A stretch of DNA of 34,295 bases from positions 1-34,295 of the IMG/VR virus record IMGVR_UViG_3300020446_000002. One strand, given 5' to 3'. Every line of letters begins with the position of its first letter. The stretch's first letter is position 1. Made by a program: the position numbers and the translations under genes. The notes under the pieces were generated by a model, which saw nothing but the letters and a program-made list of their open reading frames with translations, searched no databases and was not told the origin of the DNA. Positions 27,315-34,295 of this stretch are shown here, piece after piece. This stretch comes from a virus (lineage: Duplodnaviria; Caudoviricetes).

Positions 27315-27488
27315 ATGTTAAATCCAAAACTTAATAATAAATCTAACTTTATAAAAATAGATGAGTTTGTTAGAATCAAATATTTAAAAGATTCAAAAAG
27401 TGGTAGGATTAAAAAAAATCAAATAACAACAGTTTCAAAAAACAATGCAAATTATTTGGTTAAACATGGAATAGCAATTTTAATTTAA
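27315..27488 (+). CDS. 57-aa protein resembling the ribosomal protein bL9 N-terminal domain
   Basis: Manual translation ...VRIKYLKDSKSGRIKKNQITTVSKNNANYLVKHGIAILI. Confidence 0.6.
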   Translation: MLNPKLNNKSNFIKIDEFVRIKYLKDSKSGRIKKNQITTVSKNNANYLVKHGIAILI

Positions 27489-27517
27489 TGGGGTTTGTTC
27501 TGTTTATATCCCCAGAT

Positions 27518-27560
27518 AAAAAGGTGCATGGTATTTGATGTTTTCTGCCATGCATCTTTA
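27518..27560. terminator. Bidirectional terminator where the early and lysis units converge
   Basis: Stem AAAGGTGCATGGTA/TGCCATGCATCTTT with G-U pairs; A/T tracts on both sides. Confidence 0.8.
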
Positions 27561-27998
27561 TTTTAATAAATCTTTTATGAATTTTAATATATATAAAAGA
27601 AAAAAAACACCAATAAAAATAATTATCCAATTTATATATTTTTTAAATCCTGTTTCTTGGTAAATTATTTTTTGTACTTCAATTGGAACTTCTTTAAAAT
27701 AAAAAACAGTATCTCCTAAACATTTAATTTCGTGGTAAATTTCTTTTGTAATTGTATCAAAAACATATTTAGCAAATATTTTTTCAGTATTCATGATTAT
27801 AGTTGTATCATGAGTTTTTAATATTGTTGTCGTGTCGTGTTTTATATCTTGTAAATATACTGTATCTGCAATTTTAAGCGTGTCTAATGAACTTTTAACC
27901 AATTCTGGATGATTGGTTAATAATCTGTTTAATCGTTTCTGTGGTGCACATGCTATAATAAATAAACACGCACTAATTTTTATTATTTTTTTTATCAT
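27558..27998 (-). CDS. Lipoprotein with a C-terminal TM helix; candidate unimolecular spanin
   Basis: MIKKIIKISACLFIIA-C lipoprotein-like signal; C-terminal WIIIFIGVFFLLYIL; last gene of the lysis cassette. Confidence 0.7.
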   Translation of the reverse strand: MIKKIIKISACLFIIACAPQKRLNRLLTNHPELVKSSLDTLKIADTVYLQDIKHDTTTILKTHDTTIIMNTEKIFAKYVFDTITKEIYHEIKCLGDTVFYFKEVPIEVQKIIYQETGFKKYINWIIIFIGVFFLLYILKFIKDLLK

Positions 27999-28743
27999 GT
28001 TGATATTCTAAAAAACTTCTTAATACTGTATTTGACACCTGCCAACCTGCGTTACAGGATTTACACCTCATCCTGTTTCTAATATTACCACTTTTCAATA
28101 TTCTTGTGCCATTTGTTCTGATTCTTTGTGAACCACATTTCGGACAAGTCCACTTATCATCACCATAAACAACACCAATATGAGTATTAACCTCACTATA
28201 TTCATATATTTTTTTGAATACCTTTTCTAAAATTACCACATCTTTTTTACAATATTCTACCATTTTTTTCATGGCAATTTTATCTTTTTTCATAACATCT
28301 ACCCACAAATCAAAGCCTCCTGTCTGCATTTTCTCACCAACACCAAAAAACTTAGCAATATAATCCAATTTATTAGAATTTAACCGAAATTGTTTTCTAG
28401 CCTTTTTTAATGTATCATAACTATTAATTTTATCTGGGCAATACAGACCATGAAAAGCACATCTTGTTCTAATCCACTTTATATCGTACCCGTCACCATT
28501 ATGTGCCACACACTCATCTGCTTGTTCTATCAGATTTAAAAATTTTACAAGCATCTTTTTATCACATTGTTTTGAATCCCAGATTAAACTATTTGTTGAT
28601 TTAGAATTTTCCCATTTGTAACAAATACAAATAATTTTATTATGTTCAATTATATTATCATGAGGTAAATTTATTTTGTACCCTATTCTCCATGAATATA
28701 CGACTAGTGGTGTTGTTTCAATATCAAAAAAAAGCCTTTTCAT
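27973..28743 (-). CDS. DEDD/RNase H-like 3'-5' exonuclease with a C-terminal Zn ribbon
   Basis: FFDIET, AHNGDGYDI, SNKLDYIA and YCKKDV motifs; CPKCGS...CKSC. Start at ATG 28743 or TTG 28752. Confidence 0.88.
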   Translation of the reverse strand: MKRLFFDIETTPLVVYSWRIGYKINLPHDNIIEHNKIICICYKWENSKSTNSLIWDSKQCDKKMLVKFLNLIEQADECVAHNGDGYDIKWIRTRCAFHGLYCPDKINSYDTLKKARKQFRLNSNKLDYIAKFFGVGEKMQTGGFDLWVDVMKKDKIAMKKMVEYCKKDVVILEKVFKKIYEYSEVNTHIGVVYGDDKWTCPKCGSQRIRTNGTRILKSGNIRNRMRCKSCNAGWQVSNTVLRSFLEYQHDKKNNKN

Positions 28744-29353
28744 TATTTTCAATTTCTTGGATTGACAAATAATGGGTATTTACTAATTTATTTATAAATT
28801 TTTCATTCATTAACAATTTACATTCTCTGTAGTTTGTCATAAAAAAATTTTCAATTAAAATTGCTGGACTTTTTGTGTTTTTTAAAACGTAAAAATTTTG
28901 TTCTTTGTCAGCATCACCATCGGTAATATCTTTTCTTAGTTTATGTTTTTTAAAATTTGTTTTCATGTTATTGATAAAAACTTCTGCGATTTTATCGCTT
29001 TTTGTTTCTCCTTTTGATGTATAAACAGAGTAACCATTTGCCCTTTCATCATGAAAAGCATCTGAGTGAATAGAAACAAAAATCATGTTTTTATTTTTTT
29101 TATATATTTTATTGGCAATTTCGCACCTTTCTTTTAAAGTTATATCCTGTTCGATGCCATCGCAAATATTAATAAATTCTATATTGTTATATAATAATAA
29201 TTTGCCTAATTTTTTACAAATATTTCTATTTCCTACCCCTTCAAAATACTGTGTGCCATCATCCCAGATTGGACTTCTTTTGCCTTTTGTTACATATTTA
29301 TTATTAATAATGCCACCATGACCTGCATCTAATACCCATAAAAACCTACTCAT
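28724..29353 (-). CDS. Endolysin, N-acetylmuramoyl-L-alanine amidase (Amidase_3)
   Basis: LDAGHGG, conserved E, FVSIHSDA and FYVLKNTKSPAILIENFFM motifs. Confidence 0.95.
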   Translation of the reverse strand: MSRFLWVLDAGHGGIINNKYVTKGKRSPIWDDGTQYFEGVGNRNICKKLGKLLLYNNIEFINICDGIEQDITLKERCEIANKIYKKNKNMIFVSIHSDAFHDERANGYSVYTSKGETKSDKIAEVFINNMKTNFKKHKLRKDITDGDADKEQNFYVLKNTKSPAILIENFFMTNYRECKLLMNEKFINKLVNTHYLSIQEIENNEKAFF

Positions 29354-29528
29354 TTTTTGGTAATGCTATAAGTGAATCTTTAGAACGTAAAAACATTATG
29401 CCTAATGCTAACCAACCACTTAATTCCTGTGTGGTTTGTTTTTCTTGATACATCATTAAACCACAAAATATTAATATTAATATACCAATAATAGTAGTTA
29501 TATAATTTTTAATTAATCTCTCTTTCAT
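29346..29528 (-). CDS. Putative holin (2 TM helices)
   Basis: 60 aa with two hydrophobic segments, directly upstream of the endolysin. Confidence 0.75.
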   Translation of the reverse strand: MKERLIKNYITTIIGILILIFCGLMMYQEKQTTQELSGWLALGIMFLRSKDSLIALPKNE

Positions 29529-29890
29529 TTTTTTAATGATTTAATTTCTGATAAAATTGTGGCAAAACCAACATCGACTTTTTTATCCAAATCAGTATGT
29601 AAATCATGAATATTTTTTAAAGTATCATTCATTGATTCTTTATAATTACTAAATTCATCTTTAAACCTATCAATACGTTGATTACAAATAATCATGTTTG
29701 CCTCTATTTGTTTTATAATTTCGCTTTTTATTATTAATTTATTTTTATTAACATCATCTATTCGAGTTGTTAAGTTAGTAATTTTTAATTCTTGTTCAGC
29801 ATTTTTTATTTTATCCCTAAAAAACCAAGCAATCAAACCTGCCAAAACACCACCAAAATAAATAATATCTTTAATGTTAAAATTTTCCAT
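29525..29890 (-). CDS. Single-TM coiled-coil protein (holin/antiholin-like)
   Basis: N-terminal IIYFGGVLAGLIAWFF followed by a coiled coil; heads the lysis cassette. Confidence 0.55.
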   Translation of the reverse strand: MENFNIKDIIYFGGVLAGLIAWFFRDKIKNAEQELKITNLTTRIDDVNKNKLIIKSEIIKQIEANMIICNQRIDRFKDEFSNYKESMNDTLKNIHDLHTDLDKKVDVGFATILSEIKSLKK

Positions 29891-29891
29891 T

Positions 29892-30818
29892 TTAATAATT
29901 CCTTTTCCTTATATTCTGAATCCTATCAGTAAATAAAATTTCATGACTTCTACCATTATAATAATATAGTTCTTCACTTGCGCTTATTTCCTCTGTTGCA
30001 ACTGAAAAATCAACATATTTACTTGTGTTTGTTGTATTATAATCAGTAATAAAAATTTCGTTTGCCAATAAATTATTTTCAATAATAAATTTACTAATAG
30101 AATCCTGTAAAAATTCAATTTGTAAGGTATAAGTATTTTTAATTGAATCCTGTATTTGTGTAATTGTTTTATTTGATGTGAAATAATTATCAGTAATATA
30201 TTCACTTTGTTTATTCCACAAAATACCGTTTATTCTAATTTGTTGATACCAATTCATTCCTGTAAAATTAAATTCTGAACTTTCAATATTCCCATTTTGG
30301 TATGAAACCAATTTTACGGAACCATTTGCTTGTTCATCTGAAAAAGGTAATAAATAATATTTAACAGATTCAAAATTTATAGGTGAACCAAATTGTGTCA
30401 AATTTGCTTTTATTTTATAATAGCCTATACCATGTGCCAATAATACTTTTTGCCAATCTACTAAATAACCAGCGTAAAAATCTTGTTCTGGAATCCCAGA
30501 TGATAAACTTCCAATACCATAAAAAGTGCCTAAATCATCATTATTTAAATCTGCGACCTCAATATCATCTTTAAATAATTTAATTTCAATCGTATCTGAA
30601 TTTGAAAATAATTTAAATAAAAAACTTGTTTTATCATTTTTATAATCTGCATCATCTTCAAAATCTGCCAAAACATTTACGTTTCTTTCACAATCCTGTG
30701 CCACACATAAGCAAACCTCTAATGGTTCTGCTGGAATTGTTATTGTGCTTGAACCAATAAATTTAGATTGAACAGCAAAAGGTTCTTGATTTGATGTATT
30801 ATAAAAAATTTTAATCAT
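29892..30818 (-). CDS. Putative structural tail/baseplate protein, 308 aa
   Basis: Acidic, beta-rich ORF in the tail-tip region. Confidence 0.55.
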   Translation of the reverse strand: MIKIFYNTSNQEPFAVQSKFIGSSTITIPAEPLEVCLCVAQDCERNVNVLADFEDDADYKNDKTSFLFKLFSNSDTIEIKLFKDDIEVADLNNDDLGTFYGIGSLSSGIPEQDFYAGYLVDWQKVLLAHGIGYYKIKANLTQFGSPINFESVKYYLLPFSDEQANGSVKLVSYQNGNIESSEFNFTGMNWYQQIRINGILWNKQSEYITDNYFTSNKTITQIQDSIKNTYTLQIEFLQDSISKFIIENNLLANEIFITDYNTTNTSKYVDFSVATEEISASEELYYYNGRSHEILFTDRIQNIRKRNY

Positions 30819-31044
30819 TTGTTAATAATGTATTTCCTTTAAAATTATTATTGTAAAATTCTGCTTTTTCCCAATACCATAAAACATTTTCAAAATATTC
30901 GCCAACGAATTTATCTAACTGTTCTTTTTTATCTTCATTAATACCATATAAAATAATATATAAATTTTCATTTTTAACTCCTAACTCGTAAACTTCATTA
31001 CAAATTGTTTTTAAGTCATCATCTAATTTTTGTAAACTATTCAT
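30811..31044 (-). CDS. Hypothetical protein, 77 aa
   Basis: ORF track; overlaps both neighbours. Confidence 0.65.
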   Translation of the reverse strand: MNSLQKLDDDLKTICNEVYELGVKNENLYIILYGINEDKKEQLDKFVGEYFENVLWYWEKAEFYNNNFKGNTLLTND

Positions 31045-31705
31045 TGATTCTAAATGTTATACGGGTAATTGCTTGTTCAAAAAATGAATTGCCTCTATCA
31101 CCAGGTTGTAATTGTGCAACTGATTTATCATGATAAGCTAAACGTGTATTTTTTACTTCATGTATATGATTTGGACAAGTCGAACCAGGACTTTGGTAAA
31201 AACTACCCTGTCTGGATGTTAATTTAATTACTAATGTTTTTGTTCCTGTATACTCAAAAAATCCTAAACCTGCGCCCATAACAGGGTCATAAAAACCAAT
31301 GGTAGGATTATAAGATAAATTCACATTTCCTGTCTGTTGAGGATTATCACCAAAAACCGTTTTTACATTTGTAACATTTGATAATTGACTTTCAAAATTA
31401 TTTGTTTGTGTATTTGTTGGTAAAAATTGAGTTGAGTCGGTTTCCATTAAAATCATATTAATATCTCTCCAAGTATATGGCTGAACATTAGGATTTTCAT
31501 TGTAAAATTCAATCTTGATTATTTGACCATTTATATTTTGTAATTGTTCTGGTAAAATCATAACACCAGAAACCTGATTTTCCCAAAAAGTATCTACTGG
31601 AAAATCATATTGATTCCCAGAACTTATTCTACCTACAATAACCTCTACCTCTCTAGTTCTACCAGAATCACCTCTATTTTGAAAAAAATATATTGGTCCA
31701 CTCAT
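31037..31705 (-). CDS. Putative tail fibre-associated/receptor-binding protein, 222 aa
   Basis: TAATG-coupled to the fibre gene; N/Q/T/G-rich. Confidence 0.5.
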   Translation of the reverse strand: MSGPIYFFQNRGDSGRTREVEVIVGRISSGNQYDFPVDTFWENQVSGVMILPEQLQNINGQIIKIEFYNENPNVQPYTWRDINMILMETDSTQFLPTNTQTNNFESQLSNVTNVKTVFGDNPQQTGNVNLSYNPTIGFYDPVMGAGLGFFEYTGTKTLVIKLTSRQGSFYQSPGSTCPNHIHEVKNTRLAYHDKSVAQLQPGDRGNSFFEQAITRITFRINE

Positions 31706-33051
31706 TATCCTGCTATATAATTTTTACCAAATTGCCATAAATAACCTATATTCTGTTGATATGTACAGGTTAAGGTGTGTAATTGACCAACAGGCAAATC
31801 ATTTTCAAGGTCTGATGCTGTTGTTCCATTTACAATATAAGAACTAGAGGGCAAAATGGCACCAAATTTTCCACTAATACTTCTTGCATCTAATATGAAA
31901 TTTAAAAAATCACCGTCCTCAATGTTTTTAATTTCATCTAATTGTATAACACCTTGTTGAGTTGGTTTTATGTAGAAATTGTAAGAAATGTTGCAGTCAG
32001 CTTGATATTTTCCTGTCGCGTTATCAATACTCAACAGATGATATCCTTTTTGCCCATAGCTTTGTAATCTTCTTTTGACAACCCTACCTTCTGATAATTT
32101 TGAAATATAATTTATTTCATTACCTCCTAAATGACCTTCCTCAACACTTTGCAACCAAAAAGCACCTATTGTTTTTAATGTATTATTAAATGTATCAGTT
32201 GCAGTTTTTTGCTGTGGTAATTTTATTGTTCTATCATTTGCATAAATACCCCATACTTCAACTTGTTGTTGTTTTGATAAAACCTCTATATTATCTGAAT
32301 CTCCATAAAATTGTAAATCATTATTACCTGCGCCATAAATACTCCATGCATTTTGACCGTTTTTGCCATAAACTCTGAATAATTGTTTTTTATTTTTTTC
32401 AACATCATTTGTAGAAATATGGAAACCATTTTCTTGTTTTAATTCAGTTTTTTCAAATATGTCATCATTTGTAGTTGTTGAAACAATAGAATCTTTAAAA
32501 ATTGAAAAATCAGATTTTCTTAATGCCTTTTCTATTTTACATATATATGATTCGATTGTTTGTTCAATCTCACTTTTTTCATCAGTATCAGCTAGAATTT
32601 TTAAATCATATTGACCAAGATTTTGGATTTTTAAAGTTTTACCTGCATCTCCACCATCAATAATTCTATCATCATCAAGATTTTGGTCTGCCTCACCTAA
32701 TGGTTTTTTTTGTTCTGGTGGGTCAATTGTCGATACCTTTAAATCAATAACATCTTCATCTGTTTTCTCAATTTTTACTGTATTATCAGAACTAGTCAAT
32801 GCACTAAATTGTAAGACTGTTCCACTTTTTTGTATAAATATACCAACAACATCATCACCACTTGGTATATTTTCAGCATCCGTAACATCACCACCTGGTT
32901 CTGGAATATTTAATTTATTTTTTAATTGTTCAAATGTTATACTATTACTTTCCCATGTATCACTACCCGCCTCTAATTCTCTACTGTAATCAAGTAAATC
33001 CTCATTTTTTATATTATCATTGTTAGTATATTCGCTTATTTTTCCTGGCAT
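31705..33051 (-). CDS. Putative tail fibre protein, 448 aa
   Basis: N-terminal KISEY motif, GIFIQKSGTVLQFSAL fibre-like segment, beta-rich C-terminus. Confidence 0.65.
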   Translation of the reverse strand: MPGKISEYTNNDNIKNEDLLDYSRELEAGSDTWESNSITFEQLKNKLNIPEPGGDVTDAENIPSGDDVVGIFIQKSGTVLQFSALTSSDNTVKIEKTDEDVIDLKVSTIDPPEQKKPLGEADQNLDDDRIIDGGDAGKTLKIQNLGQYDLKILADTDEKSEIEQTIESYICKIEKALRKSDFSIFKDSIVSTTTNDDIFEKTELKQENGFHISTNDVEKNKKQLFRVYGKNGQNAWSIYGAGNNDLQFYGDSDNIEVLSKQQQVEVWGIYANDRTIKLPQQKTATDTFNNTLKTIGAFWLQSVEEGHLGGNEINYISKLSEGRVVKRRLQSYGQKGYHLLSIDNATGKYQADCNISYNFYIKPTQQGVIQLDEIKNIEDGDFLNFILDARSISGKFGAILPSSSYIVNGTTASDLENDLPVGQLHTLTCTYQQNIGYLWQFGKNYIAG

Positions 33052-33062
33052 TTTATTTCTTT

Positions 33063-34295
33063 TTATTCAATTATTTTCTGTACTCCACTTTCCATTAATT
33101 TTGGTAAATTATTTTCCATTAGTTTGTCATTTAACGGTGGTTCTGGTTGTTCATCACTAGACCATAATCTTGCAGAAACATTGTAATTTTCTCCAGAACT
33201 TAATTTGGTAAAATCTGTTAAGCAACTTAATTCTACATTAGTTGCTGTAATTACCATTTTTGTTCTCGTTTGTCCTGTTTCTGGTATTAAAATACCGTTA
33301 AATGGTTGTCTGAATGCTAAGGTACTTAATTCTTCTATTGAAAACAAACCACCATTTTGCACATCTATTCTAATACATCCAGCATAATTTGTATAACCTA
33401 AATCTTGTCCGTCAATCCTTGAAAAGGTTGCTTTTATAAGCATGTTTTCATTTGTCAAAATTGTGCCACCTGTACTTAATCCGTCTGATGTTTTAAATGT
33501 TTCAATTACACAATCTACTATTTGGTCACCCCCTTTTGGAATCGAATCATCCCCATAAGTTCTAGCAATACCACTAGGCAAATAAAGATTATATTCAGTT
33601 ACACTTGCTGGAAAATCTTGACCGTTTTCAGTAAACTCTTTATTAGAAACATTTAAATTTAATACAGGAAATAACTCAAAACCTTGTTCCTCTGAATAAT
33701 TACTTATTCTTTCATTTTGATTATTATTTGGCTTGTTTGTATCGTAAAAAATATTAGAAACCAAATTATTTTGCACCCATTCTTGCCAACCTAATTTAAA
33801 TCCTACACTAATAAAATAATTTGATTTGTAAAAACCGTCTTTTGCTGTGTCTAAATATTGGAATCTTACCTCGTTTAAAATATCATTTGAATCATATTTA
33901 AAACCTCTTGTATTTATTAGATTAATATTTTGTTCAGTAGAATTTGGATTATTTCCTGTGCTTGGAACCTCTATTGAACTTGCTAAATCGAATGCATAAT
34001 TTTGAGTAACAAATTCATCACCAGATGCTACATTTCTTGCAATAATTTGAAAATTTGCATCTTGTATTCTAGAACCTACAATCGCATCTGCCGATGTTGT
34101 TTGTTTTGTTGCTATCTTAAATCTTATATTATAACTATCTTCAATCATTCCATTAAAAGCTTCGTATGTTTCGCTTTCGTTTTGTGGATTAATAACAGAA
34201 TTAGTTAAAAATAATTTACGACCTAATACTTTGTCATTTACCAATTCAACCAATCCAGATACATCAGTTGTTTTGTCAAATTGTGCAAAATCAAC
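33063..34295 (-). CDS. 3' part of the join-spanning tail-tip structural protein (continues from 1..1403)
   Basis: In frame across the 77-bp overlap; the ORF-track start at 34253 is internal. Confidence 0.85.
   Translation of the reverse strand, partial: VDFAQFDKTTDVSGLVELVNDKVLGRKLFLTNSVINPQNESETYEAFNGMIEDSYNIRFKIATKQTTSADAIVGSRIQDANFQIIARNVASGDEFVTQNYAFDLASSIEVPSTGNNPNSTEQNINLINTRGFKYDSNDILNEVRFQYLDTAKDGFYKSNYFISVGFKLGWQEWVQNNLVSNIFYDTNKPNNNQNERISNYSEEQGFELFPVLNLNVSNKEFTENGQDFPASVTEYNLYLPSGIARTYGDDSIPKGGDQIVDCVIETFKTSDGLSTGGTILTNENMLIKATFSRIDGQDLGYTNYAGCIRIDVQNGGLFSIEELSTLAFRQPFNGILIPETGQTRTKMVITATNVELSCLTDFTKLSSGENYNVSARLWSSDEQPEPPLNDKLMENNLPKLMESGVQKIIE
34219..34295. repeat. Terminal direct repeat (assembly overlap), right copy
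   Basis: Identical to 1..77. Confidence 0.97.

Noticed and set aside
27489-27514. TGGGG...CCCCA hairpin as an ncRNA
   Set aside because: Short stem beside the convergent terminator with no further structure.
29085-34208. Short antisense or alternate-frame ORFs (29085, 29984, 30383, 32190, 33205, 34002; also 13859..14062)
   Set aside because: Nested in longer genes with no independent support; none has a convincing Rz1-like lipobox.
34219-34295. 77-bp repeat as a biological terminal repeat or att site
   Set aside because: It falls mid-gene and equals a common assembler k-mer length.
1-34295. CRISPR arrays, tRNAs, DGR/reverse transcriptase, introns/inteins, stop-codon recoding
   Set aside because: No repeat-spacer array, cloverleaf or RT motif was seen; core genes are normal length and uninterrupted in the standard code.

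Overview
The window is an apparently complete, circularly assembled, very AT-rich tailed-phage genome: 34,218 bp unique plus a 77-bp end overlap. It looks siphovirus-like, and TAnnTTTG/TTG promoters plus the general lack of Shine-Dalgarno motifs point to a Bacteroidetes/Flavobacteria host (inference). The minus strand carries replication genes, a ParB-ParB-GT32-TAGT-like glycosyltransferase cluster, TerS, TerL, portal, a multidomain HK97 protease, capsid, head-tail genes, tail tube and tape measure. It continues across the join into tail-tip/fibre genes and a lysis cassette. The plus strand (about 22.5-27.5 kb) carries early genes: a RecE-like exonuclease, an MmcB-like nuclease, NinB and Bet. 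I recognised no integrase, repressor, methyltransferase, tRNA or CRISPR. Highlights: (1) a terminase-adjacent glycosylation locus with no visible base-priming enzyme; (2) late genes with a -7 promoter element 4-6 nt before ATG, implying leaderless mRNAs; (3) four early promoters sharing an ACAAA-N13-TTTGT palindrome; (4) near-total avoidance of GATC and GAAGC/GCTTC; (5) a u-spanin-like lipoprotein and an exonuclease inside the lysis cassette. All family calls are motif recognition by eye and all counts are manual.
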